Shown piece by piece: positions 26,276-40,700 of a stretch of 64,000 nucleotides of DNA; the stretch's first letter is position 1; each line of letters begins with the position of its first letter. Position numbers and translations under genes: made by a program. A model generated the notes under the pieces. That model had not been told where the DNA came from and did no database searches. It worked only from the letters and a program-made list of their open reading frames with translations. The stretch is from Lingula anatina (taxonomy: Eukaryota; Animalia; Brachiopoda), in assembly GCA_051362555.1 (NCBI GenBank), contig CM120640.1, forward strand, positions 37,095,967-37,159,966, given 5' to 3'.

Positions 26276-29200
26276 CTGCAGTAATTGAATGAGCAAGTAT
26301 GATAAGAAAGCATAGCAGGAAATATACAGAAACATATTTATTTTGGTTTTGTAGAACGTTCCTTAAAGAGAAGTTTTCTGTACACATCATGGCCGTGTCA
26401 CTTCAAGTTAATGAATTTTTACCTGGATGGTAATTGTAGTGTAACACTCTGTCACAATTTGTTGTGGATTTTACACTGTCTTGCCAATTACTCATTTTCG
26501 TACCCCATGCTTCATCCATTTACCTTATGAAGGTAATACAATTTAATGACAGATTTTGAAAATATTCATGTTTTTTCCTGCTGCAATCATTGTATTATAA
26601 TATAAAATTTGAGCCCATCACTATATCATAGCAACCTGAAATTATAAAAGAGAAAAAACTTTGAATGGCTTTTGAATGTCTTTACTTTGCAATTTGAGGA
26701 GATTGACAGTAAATCAGATAAGTAACATTAAAGGCCTGCTCATTTTCAATTATTCTAATTGTCACTAGACACTGAAACACTAGTTATGAGAGGATCTATG
26801 GCTGATATTATAAATAGCATAGAAAATTTTCATAATGGTCAAGTTGTTGGAATCGGCATACTAAAGATCTATCTGAATCTATAAATACTTACTTTTGAAG
26901 AATAAAATCCACATTCACAACAGATCCAGGTCTGCTATTTGCTTTAGTAAACAGAGCCTGTTAATTCTGTTTTCTAAATTAAGGATATTTCCATTGAAAA
27001 TTTGCAAAACAATTATGGATCTAGTGTTATCTCTTGTCTTGACAAATTCCAAAAGTTAACCACACCCGTTCTGTTACAATATGGTAGCACCTGGTACACA
27101 TAATAGATTTTATTGTCAAAGCAAGCTGTTGCCACTTGTGCTACTTTTTTCCCCTATAACTAATACAGAACATTCCAGTAGAAAAGATATGTAGCATTAG
27201 CATATTTTACTGGCACAAAAATCTGACTTGATGATAGTTAAAATTTGCCTATAAGGCCAGAGAACATTGATGTATTGGTTAACTAGTGATTAAAAAAAAA
27301 AACCAAATGGAAAAAAGATAATTGTTATTATGCCCTGTCTCTCAGAATGATATCAAGGAGGTTGTAATGATATTAACCACACCCTGTAGCTTAAATAAGT
27401 CAGAAATAAGTTGTCTTTAAATGCAAGTACCATCTGAGATTGTGTTTTTTTTTTAAATGAAGCAATTATTTTTAGGTATGAAATCTGGGTATTGATTATT
27501 CTATTGAAAGTACTGACAGTTACACACACTGGTCAGCATGTCATGTGTTGTAGCGATGTAACATATGTTTGGGTGGGGAAAGCTTTACCATGTGTTTCAA
27601 TGCCTTGCAACAGTCTGGACATGGCAGGGGTTTTATATATGTTTTGATGAGTTTAGAAAAAGAAAAGAAAATAATATGCTTGAAAAAGAAAAAAAAAATC
27701 ACCCTCATGTGTAACACTCTGAATTTAGTATGTTTTATCACGTCATGATACCTGTCCATATAATTTGATATTATAATTTGATCAAAAAGAAAAAAGCAAC
27801 AAATATGATTAAAAAATAATAATAATAGAAATAGTGTGCACTGAGACGGTCACTATGAGACTGCAGCATTGCAACATAACTGACTTAACATCTGTAAATG
27901 GTTACTTTTTCTTGGCTTTTAGGTAATAAATGTGAACTAAGGAGACTTTGTCTCTAGCATCTTACTTTATAATGCTTATAATAAATTTATCTTAGCCATT
28001 CCCTAAATAAACTATGAAAATGCTGTTCAAAATCTAGATATTTCATCCCAGGAAATATAAGATATTTCATCTCAAGACATTCTAAGTTTGTACATAGTTA
28101 GTGTTACTGCTCTTACCCATTCAAGATATAAGCAAATTTTACGGGTTTAAAAATGTCTCATTATGACAATGAATTTTCTTCATGAAAAGTGCTTTCTTGT
28201 CATAAAGTTAAGATGGATTATGAAATATGTTTATATGTGAGAGATGACGTACCAGCAAGTTAAGGGAGATTTGACAAATCTCAACAAAATGCCCTTGATT
28301 GTTGAAAACAGACATTTGTCATTCCACAAAAAAAGTCACATCAGTGAGCACACATTTTGTTTATAATTGTAAATCACTTTTTAATATCTGATTTCTTTCG
28401 ACAATGGAGAGTACTATAGTATGAAACATAAAAATAATTGGTAAAGTCAGAATTGTGCAAATATTTCACAAAATGTAAGCATCACTCTAGTGACTGAAAG
28501 AGTCATTTTTTTTGGATAGTATGTAAGCCATCAGTAGTCAGCAGAAGTCCATGTGTTGAGACCCCAATATCTCCTTCATTATAATTTTTATAGCCCAATA
28601 AGCTTGTAAACTTTTGTCTGAAACTATTTCAAATGCATATTAAATAATTTTTTGAAATTTATTGAAATATATTTGGAAGTTAAAACATAGAATTACTCAG
28701 AGTAAGAAATGTACCAGCAACCTTTAAGAAAAAAAAAAAAAACAAAAGACACCATAAAAACCAAGCAATCTAGTAGTTTAGCAATCTAGTAGTCTAGTGG
28801 TGACAGGAAGCCAGTGTCTGCACGAAGATAAATCAGTTCGTATTTTTTGGGCATAAAATAGGGATGTTAAGCAGTAATGCCAGATCACATGCATATTCTT
28901 TGTAAACTGAACAAAGGCTTATAAGGGTGTTGGATAACTTTGATGCATTATACTTGAAGTAAGACAAGTCTAACTGTGGAGTAAATTAACATTCTTTTAT
29001 TATCAAGGTCATGAAATGATACAATCACCATTATAACTCAAACAATAGTCATAAGTATTAATGTATTGCATTACAAAATAATAAGCAGTTATTTGAACAG
29101 TAGACAAAAAGTCATTATTGAAACAGAGACACATTAATAAAAAAGAAATTGGATTTTTTCTCATTTCAATATTTTTTGCTGTATGGTTCTATATAAGGTG

Positions 29201-29587
29201 CACACATACTCATTTGATTGTTATTGCACAGTGATTTCATTAGTATTTGAAATATGGAAACCCACTGTATAAATATAAATTCTCTAACTCAGGAATATGA
29301 ATTCCAAACAGACATTTTTTTTTACAACTTCAGATTGTTTTCTATGAAAATTAAAATGATTGAAAATTTCTTTTTATTACAGTTATTTATTTGATTAAAT
29401 GACATTTTATTGAGTTATCTCTTCAGTTAATTGCTTAGTTTATTTATCATTACTGCTGATGTTGCTGTTAATGATATTTTCTTTAAAATGATGCTCTAAT
29501 ATATAGTTTATCCACTGTTTCACCAACCATAACACAGTATTATAGATAAGTATATTATTGAGACTGCTTAACTCAATGTAATTTGAA

Positions 29588-32500
29588 TTAGTTAGAAGTT
29601 TCTCTATCCATCTCATCACTGTCTATCTCATTTTGACTGTCACTGTCATGGATATTGTCACTGTAGCTGTTACTGTTACTGTCATCAAGAAACCCATCAT
29701 TAATTCCACAAACATTCCCGAAGAATGTTTCATGCATGTTGTCTTCATCAAGTTCCTCATCTGTACTCGTTGTAACAATGTCCAGTGGAACTGGCGCATT
29801 GGATAGGCCAGAGTAGAAGACCTCCATTTGTTCAACCAAAGATGGTGAGCGACTGTGTCTTGGACTCCTGGGTGCCGTGAGAATCTTGTTTTTGTCTTCT
29901 TTAACAAACTCACCATCTTCACAGAGTTTTCTCGGAGCCATTGGGCTGCTCCCTGCGTAAGAGTTTATTTCACTGCGCGTCTCAGAATATTCCCAAGATG
30001 AGGCTGATGAAACAGATGAACAGTCCTCTCTGTTGTTGTGGTACTCCTCCTCTTCCTCCTCTTGCTGTTTTAGCACCTCATCTAGATCTATGATCTCCTC
30101 GGGCACAGGACTGTACCTCTGATTCGCTGCCGCCATCTTGACAGGAACTGGAGGAATGAAGAAATCCTCACTAAGAGTTCTATCATCTTTAGTTGCCTGA
30201 TTGTTGTTCACAGCCCCAGTGCTTTGAAAGTTCCATGGTACTCCGCTGAATGTCAGGGGTTTCTTGCCAAGTTTGTTTGGCTTTGCATATATTGCACCTG
30301 TACTCCTTGTTGTTGAAATATTGCCAGTATTTTTGTCCTCCATGGGCGAGGCATAGACTAGATTTGGGTTATGTGAGGGATGACAGTTTTGCATGGCTCG
30401 GAGAGTAGGATTGTCGTGCCACAGAGTGCTTGGGCTATAGTTGGGGTTTTCAAAACTAACTTGGACCGGTTGGTCACTTTTTGGAGGGTCATAAGCCCAG
30501 ATAATGTCTTTATGGAATTGTTCATCAATCTGGTGCCCTTCTTTCCTCTTTCTGCAAAACAAAATATAAACAGGTGAATAGCTGGCTTATAATTTCATAC
30601 CTGTCATAGAAAATATATATCAAGGACAATGCTCAATCTGATTTAATTAACAACATGTGATTGAATCATTAAGATGTATCTACTTTGAGATACTATCTTC
30701 CTATTATGCAGGTTCAGACATTTTGAACTAGAGGATGATTTCTGAATTTTTAGAAGCCAAAAAGATCTTCCTTGAGATTTGTGCAAATCCATTGATGTCT
30801 GTATGCTTGTGTCTGTGTGCTTATTTCTTTATTACTTATTTATGGGGACTGGTAGTGGAGGGGGGGGGGGGGGAGGGGAGGGGAGGATGGAAGGGAAATT
30901 TTCACTCTTCCCTGAGCTCCTGTTTATGTCCCTGCTCTGCTCACTGAATTACATTGTAAAGAAGGGAATGTTTTGATCTCTTTCATAAAAATGAATAGAT
31001 AAAACATCCTGAATGTGGTAAAGAGTTGGACTTTTAACCTACAGAGCTCATTGTTTCAGTGCTATTAATACTTAAATAACATTTTAAAGGTACATCTATA
31101 TGAGATATCTTTACAGGAAAATCTGATGTTTGATTTAAATATGAATTTACTTCCTGTGGAGATGATATTAAACAATTCTAAGTATCATACATACTTGAAC
31201 CATAAGTATATGATCATGGCTATCAACATGGCAAATACTATCAAGCCCACAACTGTGCTGGTGACTATTGCACCTGAAATATATATATATATATAATTGA
31301 TTTACACATAGACATAGACATAGCAGATGAGAAAATGCTTCGTTATTTAAACTGTAACTTTAAAAGAGGCAGAATTAGTGCACCAATCTTGAAAATGAAT
31401 TTCATAATAATAGTGAGAAGATCATTATCACTCAGAAACTCTCAAGGCTAATATCTTTAAAATCCATCGGTAATTTTATATTTCATTAAATATACATGTA
31501 CAGATATAGCAATGTCACTTATTACGTGTTCATTAATCAGTAGTCTGAGACTGGAACATTTTGAAAAATATAATCTCTACCATTTCAGTTCAGTTACACG
31601 TGTTGATAAGATGTAGAAAAAGTTATAGATTAAATAGGAATTTTTTTCCTCGTAAATCTTCCATTTTTTTTTTTTTTTTGGTTAATAGATAGCCTGTGCT
31701 TGTATCCAAAAGGTGTTTTACACTTTAAAAATAATAATATAAATATTTTGCTCTTGGACAGAAATATGTACTAGGCGAATGCAGTATACATTATTTTATT
31801 ATCATTTTCAAATGCAGAATCTTTTTCTTTTTTAACCTAAAATGATTCAGAGTAGATAAAAGAAGCATTGTGTGTGCCATCACATTTATAGAATTGTTGA
31901 ACTTTGAAATTAATTTTATATTAGAAGTTGTGGATTATATTATTGCTCGGGGCATCATTATTATCGTCATCATCATTATAAATGATCATAAGCATAAGGG
32001 CAGGGCATTAAAAACTACAGCTACCTAAGATACCTGTGGTACATTAAATAGCTTCATGCTTTTGGTGGATTTTTGCTGACCTACCTGTATCTGCCTAAAA
32101 TCATCACGGAGATATGAAAATTGACATTTTTTTAAAGCAGATTTTTAATTTTATTCTCAGGAAAAATGTAAATTTGTTGTCATATTTCAAGCAAGAATGA
32201 ATTTGGCTGTTGCTTATATTTTGTGTGATGGAATTTGCACAGTGCTCTGCTATGAACTTGTGGTGTTGATGCCAGAAGTTCAAGTAGATGCAAGTTTTTA
32301 CTTTGATATCCACACACCTGTTGACCTTTGAGCTAACCATCATACCAGGCTCTTTTTTTATATCTGTGGTAGGTGAATGCATGGAGTTTGCTTTGACCTT
32401 GGGAAAACTTTGTCTTGGCTGCCATTTTATTAAATGACCTCTTTTTCCCACAGAGCCTCTTAGGCCAGATAAATGACCCGTGGCATGCAAAAAATGACAT

Positions 32501-35500
32501 TATGAAAATGCAAAGCTGCTTGTGGGAGAAAAGGATATCATACTGGTGCATTTATGCATTCAACGCATATGCTGGGGTCTTAAGGTTATGTAATAGCCTA
32601 TTTATGTATAAATGATTATGTCATAAATTCAGATGGGATGCCTTGTCCACTTCAATATATATCATTGGGCGCATTCACAGTGAATCTATCATAGTTTTCA
32701 TACAAGCTAGTGTGCACCAACTCCACATGGACTCTCGCTGAATGCAATCAGATAAACAGATTGGCACGCCTTCTCCTGGCTTAATTGGAGTAGAATACAG
32801 AAAAGCCAGTGATTATACGAGTATGTTGGAAATAAGGAGGCGTGATGCATGATAATTTGGATAATATGTATTATTGAAAATTTAATATCAATTTTTAGAA
32901 CATGAAGTTGATATAAAAAAAAAAAAAACTTGCAATAACTAGCTTGATGCAAATAATTTTTTCCAAGTTAATTCATTAGTGATTTAATAAAAGCGGCATT
33001 AATTGACCAAATAATGCATAATCATTGCTCTTTGTTTGTTTGCCTTTTTTTATGGTTGTGGAATTTATTTCTTGTGGCAATATAGGATGGGCGAGACTTA
33101 AAGAATAAGGTCAGTGTCCCTAAAAGTGTCTTAAATGCTACCAAGTTGTCTACAATCTTCCCTAAGACAAATTTTCAGATTTAATAATTATTTAAAACAG
33201 AATCATGGAATGTATTTGTAAAATTTTTCCTCTTGCTCATTTTTAAGAAGTATTTTGTGGGTTATTTATGAGTTTTGAAAATGTGATTAAGTAAGAAGAA
33301 GAGAGCTAAGTAGATAAACATGATAGATAAAACCTGCTCATAGAAAAAATACCTATAAAGAAAACAAATTAAAGAAAAATCAGCAGAAGTCAAAACACAC
33401 CTGTCATGTTCTGTGCTGGGCTTCCAGTGGGCTCGGGGTCGGCCCCAACCTCTGCCTCCATCCCAACTGCTGCTGCCGCTCTCCCAGAAGTCTGCCTTGT
33501 ATAGTGTTCCAAACCATGAACTGGGACACCTTCCAAGGTGAGGTCCCCAAGTGGTGTGCTGTTATGCCTTTCTCTTGTGCTTTTTATCCCTAACAGTGTG
33601 TCATATACTGCTACTGTTCTTGCATTGCTGTTACCATGTGGTATATCAAACGCTGGCTGTGTGCGGTTACTCAGCAGGAGTCTCCTCCACTCTTGGGTCC
33701 CTACCCTCTCCTTAGCGTGTCCATCAGTCAGAGGAAATGCTGCAGTGAAACAATTCAAAGTGACTGTTACATATATACATATATTTATTTGGTTATGCCA
33801 GTTTGGAAGGTACCCTAACTGGACCTTTCTTCATTGCTAAGTGGAAGCTCTGAAATTTTGCACTCCAACCTTGATGACTTATTGCATGCTGGTTTTGTTA
33901 GACAACATTGTAAAGCAATTTGCCTGTATATCTAGTCAATTATCATATCTGAATAGAATGGTATACATAATAAACCATAAGGATTTTTTCAGCTATTTCA
34001 ACAACATAGGGGTTATCAATAATTTATTAATAATAATGATTTTATAATTGATATTCAAAACCTTAATTTTCATGGAATATGGATGCATTCACATCTGTGC
34101 AACTTAGTCCACTTGCTTTGCTTTATATTATAAGAATTAAAAATATATAAAGGTATGAAAAAACACTAGGTAATTTGTTAATGAAATTGATTAACAGACA
34201 ACAAATCTATGGAATTTCTGGCTGCCTAAATGTCAGAGGATTTACGACAGGCAGGTTTGCATGACCAGAGGTATTGACTGTGATCCTTCTTTGCCATTAA
34301 CCCCAAAGATGTCTCCCGTCTTATGCCAGCAGCAGGGAAAGACATTGCTAACAGTCTGCATAATTAACAAAGAATGTATTTGCTCCTATGAGATATTTAT
34401 TTTGGCTAACCAGGAGTAATATGAATGTTTTTCAATCTCTCATAGATGGACTTTTTCTTGGTTTGGCCCACAGGTGAATATGCCTTGAGGAGCCATTTAG
34501 CGTGATGTATATGGTGGTGATGTGGTATTTCATAACCCTGGGGCAAATAAAGTGACAGATTAGTTGACCCTAGAATAGAGTAAGATGACAAAAAAGAAAA
34601 GAAATAAATAAATAAAAGGAGATGGTGTGATCTGTTTTATTTTTGCTTAGAGCAAAATGTTTTCATTGCCTGGGGGAGCTTTTGGGTAATGTTGTTTCCA
34701 CAAGTTATGCATGACATTTTGAGGTCTTGATGTACATTCACAATCTCCCACAGGGGCATTGGCATATGGCTTTAGTAATTAAGGTAAAAATATATATATA
34801 TTAGAAGAAGCAATGGTAACTGTCAGGGCACTAGATGTCCTTATCTGGCATACACCCTGTACCATTTGGAGTGTTGAAAATGCACAACTGCAAACATAAA
34901 TGTTGAACATGGGCAGCACTATTTTGCATAGTTAATAGTGATGCAGCAGATGTATGTCAGACAATGTCACAGAAGAGAGTGACTTGCCAGTTAATCAAAA
35001 TATTGTGAAGTAGTTTCATTGGATGTCAGTTTTGATGGTTGAAAAGTTTTCATTTATGGTAGATAGTAAATCTATCATAAATGAAAACTTTTCAACTAAT
35101 TGAAATATTGGAGAACAATAATTTTTAACTGTTGATTAAAATATCTGTACATCAATCTAGCTCTTATTTACACATGATGTGTAGAAATAATATGTTAGAG
35201 AAAATTGATTATATGCTCAATTTCATCTTTTTTTTTTAAAACAACTTACCTTCATAGTATAGCCAGAACCCCTTTGAATTACCAATCTCATGCTTGTCAC
35301 TGTGGAATGTCACTGAAATCTGATTATTCTCACTGAAGAAAGCAACCCCACGTCTTTTTCCACGGCAAAGTTTCTCCGTTTTATGAAGACTGTCACTTAT
35401 TACAACATGATCGATACAAATGATCCTCGAGTCGGTCTTCAAGTATGCCAAATAAACATCCAGTAGGTAAACCCTGATCTTCTGGTGTGGTTTCACCTCT

Positions 35501-37770
35501 ATACTTATACTGCATGACGTCAGCAATGGGTACTTGTCTGGGTAGTTTGGGCTGGTTAAGTAACCATTTTGCTCTGTGATTTTGTTTTCTTGGCAGACGT
35601 TATTATGGTAATTATCTGTAAAAATAATATACTTTTTTCTCTTAATGTTACCAATTATGCAGCTGTTCATACATTGAAAAATTAAGTATAAAACCACCCT
35701 AGTCCATGGAAATTTTCCTGACACCTTTATTGATTATGCCATGTCCACACCACCAAATATAGGAGTGGTGCTTGTTGTCTTTCCACCTTTGTTCAACTCC
35801 ATAGGTTAAGTGTGCTGGGTTACCCTTGTTTATGCCACAACATAAAACAATTATTATACACAGCAAATAATTTTTCTCGAAATTCAAGATATTTGGGAAA
35901 AATGATAAATATTTAAAATTAAGTCCTAGATAACATGACTCAAAATGATTAGTCCATGTTATACCTGAGGTGCATTCATACATGAATTGAAAATCATTGC
36001 TCAAAATGATTGGTCTATGTTATACCTGGTATACATTCATACGTGATTTGAAAGTCATTGCTGTATGCACAGTCCGAGGATAGGAACACCCAGGGGGCTG
36101 TGAAAGCACACTGTTGCTGCCCAACACAGGGGGGGTTGTGGGTCTCTTCCTGTATGCAGTAGATGCTATGATACCCCCCAGGACAGTGCACTGACTGCCT
36201 GTAGAATGCCGTGATCACCCTGATCATGCTTCCAGGCTTACACTCGATGATCATGTCTTCTCCATAGCACTGGCTCATGCTACTGGCACTGGAGGAAACT
36301 GAAAACAATTTTGAAAAAGAAAAGGAAAGAAAGAAAAGAAAGAATTCAGTGTTATATGCATTATTCACTTCATTAAATAAATTTATCCTATTAATCCTTT
36401 CCCCTATTAAGTATGCATTGGATAATTGCAGTAAATATGTGGCTCCGATTTTTTTAAAAAATGGGTCGACCTGGATACATTTTCTTGGATAATGTTGTAA
36501 AGTCAGCAGGAAACAATAAGCCATCAACATGCATCTGCATCACATTTGTCAGTCACAATAAGGAATAATATCTCTCAAACTTCTGATGGATATGAATTAC
36601 AAGGAAGAATCCGAGTAAAAAAGATGAACATGTAAGAACAGATAACATATCTTTGTTTTATCACTAAAACAAACTAAAGCTAGCATAGTAGTAGCCAAGG
36701 AATAATACAATGGCTGGAACTCTATTAATGGCTAGCAACTCATTGAGAAAAACATTGCCAACAGAAAATGATAGATTGTACTCGATTCAGTTATCTAATA
36801 AAGCAGTATTGCAATGTGAAGTACAAGAAAAATGATGGGTGGTATGTGAAGGTGAGGGAGTTCAATCTATACATGACAAGGAATGCTTACTATGTAATTT
36901 TCATCATAAACATTTTTGTCATATTTAGATTGAACATCTTCATGACAAAGAATGTTTATGAACCATAGCTTAGGATGGCTCATTGCCTCTTACTGTCAAA
37001 GATTTTGACTCTTTGGTCAAGTTAATCAGTAAATGGAAATCATTTGGCCCAAAAGTTGTGACTTATGTAAAATCAGATGAGATTTTGGGACTTGGAGGAC
37101 AATGAAGTCAGTCATAATGGTAGACTGATGTGGAAATTTATCAAATAAAAGTTGACATAATTTATCCACAGATATTTTCTGGTCATTTTTTCTAAAATTC
37201 TGGAAAGTTATTCTGTTGGACAATAGCACGGATTTATTATTTTGCATTGCTTTTGGAGAAAACATACTTTTTCATAAGTTTTGAATTTACTAACCTATAA
37301 TTAACACTATACATGAAATTTTTCATTTTTGACCAATTTGACCAATTTGAAACATCAATTTTCTAAAATTTTCCAAGTAAAAACTATTATTTTCCCTTCC
37401 TCAATATAATGGTATATTCATATCTTTTATTCTTGAACAATTAAAACACTGGAGAAACCTACACTATATCATATTGGATTCTCTCCAAGTATATTTTAGG
37501 AAAAATATGTCATGCATAAATCAAATTAAATTATAATGATAGCAAAAAAAAAAAAAGCAGAATAAAAACTTTGTATACACATTTTTGTTTTATGTAGAAA
37601 TGCAAATGACACTAAAATTATACTGTTTAATTCTGCTTATATACCCAACCTACCTTACCAATTACAAAAACAGATAGGAAGGTGAATGTATTTTTCTTAC
37701 CATTGGTTATAACCTGCTGTAGGAAAATATGAATAATTTGGAATGCCAGAAGAAATGTCTTAGATTCCAT
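29588..37770 (-). CDS. Nested receptor paralog B: signal peptide + SUEL-like lectin + CUB + 113-aa stalk + TM + ~320-aa Tyr-motif/acidic tail (about 696 aa)
   Basis: Exons (-): 37770-37701 (MESKTFLLAFQIIHIFLQQVITN); 36298-36026 lectin-like (QCYGEDMIIEC...CVGQQQC...YSNDFQITYECIP); 35615-35250 CUB (GYLTSPNYPDKYP...FHSD...KGFWLYYE); 33739-33401 stalk; 31273-31195 TM (AIVTSTVVGLIVFAMLIAMIIYLWF-KKRK); 30551-29588. All GT-AG and in frame. Confidence 0.87.
34411..34569 (-). CDS. Candidate 159-nt symmetric (phase 1-1) cassette exon of paralog B, encoding a His cluster
   Basis: Long pyrimidine tract ending tattctag|GG, open frame GSTNLSLYLPQGYEIPHHHHIHHAKW...ITP, donor G|gttagc. Confidence 0.4.
35036..35098. 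repeat. Near-perfect inverted repeat (27-bp arms, 5-nt loop)
   Basis: GTTGAAAAGTTTTCATTTATGGTAGAT-agtaa-ATCTATCATAAATGAAAACTTTTCAAC, with one G-T mismatch. Confidence 0.9.
35941..36062 (-). repeat. 61-bp tandem duplication spanning the 3' end and donor of the paralog B lectin exon
   Basis: 35941-36001 versus 36002-36062, 9 mismatches by eye. Confidence 0.85.
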
Positions 37771-40700
37771 GCTGGAGTCTTCTTGGCTGATGTCCTACGA
37801 ATGAAAACTATATCTTCTCAAGCACAAAATACCTCAAATTAAAAATTAACATAACTTCAAGCTGTTGGTGTGTGCCATATGCATTAAAACAAGCAATTGG
37901 AAATAAATTTACCAAAGGGCATGTGACAGTCAAAGGCGTATTGGCTATTTAGAATACTAATTACTTGGTATCTAGCAGGCTGTTTTAATTGTATATATTA
38001 ATGAAATATTTTTTTATTTACATTTTTTCCTAAAAAGGATCTTTGATATCTGGGATATTATTAATGTTCAAACATTTAAGATGTTATTTGTTGATTTTTA
38101 CATGCTTGCCCTATCTTTCTTTATAAAATTAAAGAAAAAATGAAAAGCTAATTCAATGCATTTAGGACATTCAGAAAAAAAACACAGCATTTGATACTGT
38201 ATCATATATAGAATTCTCATTGAAAATTGAGCTAGAGACGGTGCAGATAAATTAGTTATAAAGTTGCTTGGTCATTGTCTCTTTGAGTTTCAGCAACTGT
38301 CATCTCAGTTGTAAATGACTTTGCATGTCTCAGGTAATTTAGTCCTGTGTGTACTGAAGAAAAAAAAAACGATTGCAGAGGTATTTTCACACAAAGCATT
38401 TCATCCGTTGGCTGCTTTTGTCAAATAAAAGAATGATGTGTTCACCTCATGCAGTGTACTTGACTCAACGTGATAGCTTTTGTAAGACTTCATCTGATAG
38501 GCCTGTCCTGAATGAGTTACTTTTGACAACTGATAGAAGGCGGTGCCCTTTCTGATAACCGCACTTTTGTCCTAATAATTGAAATATGTCTCAAACAAGT
38601 TATATAATATGAGAAGCTGTGGAATTGGCTAAACACTCAGCATATGAATTGTCCTTGTTTCAAGTGGGGGCATAGTAAATTTGAAAAAAATATATGGGAA
38701 TTTACAGATTTTATTTACTATGTATACCCTCATTATAGGCTGTGCACCTCTTATGTACATAATTTAAGTAAACAGAAAACACAAGTATTGGCTTTACAAG
38801 CTTATTATAATATTTCCCTATATCTATTTGCAGTTGATAGGTTGAAAAATTATTTTCATTGTTTTGATGCCAGGAATAAACAGTTTTTGGCATTAATTTC
38901 CTGACGTATTTATGTATTGTCATTTCTATGCATGGTGTCTTCAGTATTTGTCTACTGCTGCCAAGGGATTTTATAAATATTCTTTTAAATTTTGAAATTT
39001 TGTTTGATAAAACATTTTTTTCAGCATTTCAACTGAATTTACATGTTTGAACATTCAGGCCTGGTAAGAAATTCATTTGGCACAAGTGGACAATATATAT
39101 ATTTTTCTTTCTGTATGTTCTAACATTGTGATCAAGCCTTACCTTAGCTTCTCTAACACAGTTAACCCCGGTAAACTAAATTTTATCAGTCTTCTCAAAC
39201 ACAGGTCTCCAGTGACACAACAAATTTGGTTCTGTGTGGAATTTTTAATGTTGTTTTGGCGTGGTGTATATTGATGATTATTAAGTCACCAGTGATTATG
39301 ATTATTAAGTTATTGTTTTTTTTTTTTGTTGAAATTTGCCAGAATATTCTATGTGGCATAAATGCAGGTCAAATCCTGATAGTGTAGGGAGTCTTGCTTT
39401 GATAGATTTTATAGAAATGACATGCATTTGTGTGGCAATTTTAATTTAATTTTGATTTTAATTTAAAACTTGATGTTAAAACTCTGAAAAAGTGAAGCAT
39501 AATACACATTATCTGAATTATATGACAAATGTAAGGTACCAGTCATTGTAATTCACTGAATTGAACAGGCTAACCCCTATTGAGCATGCAAAGTACATTT
39601 GACTCTTTGTTTTAGATAGGTCCTTTATGGTGTTGAGGTTAAATTTGGAAACAGAATGTCCTTATAACCAACACCCTAAACTTAAACCCCCTTCACTCTG
39701 ATTCTTTCCCCATTTAGTGTCTATCATCGCAAATAATGAGTTTTTTTCTCAAGAAAAGTCAGCAGTTTAGGTGACATGCATGCTATTGACGGTGTTGATT
39801 TTTAATATGATATTTGCCTTGATCTGTGACCTGTGTGGCACCTTTGATACTTTTTGGGCTTAATGGTTTTCGGAAAATGTAAGGTCCTTAGGTTGTTTTT
39901 TTTTCTGATAGATTAGATATGTACATATCTGTCTTTTTTATGATGGTTATTTACTTTTTGTAATGCCAACTGGATGATGAAAGGCTTTCAATTTTCATTG
40001 TAGGGTTTGGTCATTTATAACATAATAATTAATATAGATAACTAAATAGCTTTATTCATAGTTCACTTTAGCGGACATAATAATAAGCTGCAACATGGAA
40101 CTGATGTATATACAACTGCTCAAGCAGGACAAAATATAATACATTGAATATAATGGTTTTTCAAGACAATAAGTTCATTTAATATATTAACTCTGGTACA
40201 TTACAAAATAGCTGTGGCATGATTTTTCTTAAAAAAATAATAAAGCAACATTTTATAAATACTACTTTCACCTTGTAACTAAAACTTTTTTTATTTATTC
40301 CCTTGATTTTTTTATTATTTTTTTCACTGCCATTAATCTCAGTTAAGGTATATTGATTTGTTATATCCTGTAAAGATTGCTGGTACTGCAACTAACATTT
40401 AAGTAAATATATAAAAGGAATTAAAGAAAACTATGGCTTACTTTGATAAAACCAGACTGACAAACTTCATACAGCACTATACTTCTAGTTAGTACTATGG
40501 CATCTGGGTTGCTATGTTTACTTTGGAAGTATGCAAGCTCTTTGATAATATATTAGCAATAAATACAATATACATCATTAATTAGTGTAAATACTACTTC
40601 ATCTTCCCCACATTTGAATGGGTTTGAAAGAAACATGATTTTTTGCTTAGATACATTGGTATATTTGGTGACTATTTGAAGTCACTTTTCTTTTTTTCCA

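Noticed and set aside
26893-26914. MWILFFK mini-exon with an A|gtaagt donor as the paralog A signal exon
   Set aside because: The phase fits, but 7 aa is too short for a signal peptide and a stop directly precedes the ATG; unresolved
27589-27640. TATATAAAA on the - strand plus a nearby donor as the paralog A promoter
   Set aside because: It would imply a first exon of about 18 nt, and the motif is common in AT-rich DNA
32104-32490. 128-aa minus-strand ORF or extra exon in a paralog B intron
   Set aside because: A phase-1 donor exists near 32346 but there is no credible acceptor and no domain similarity
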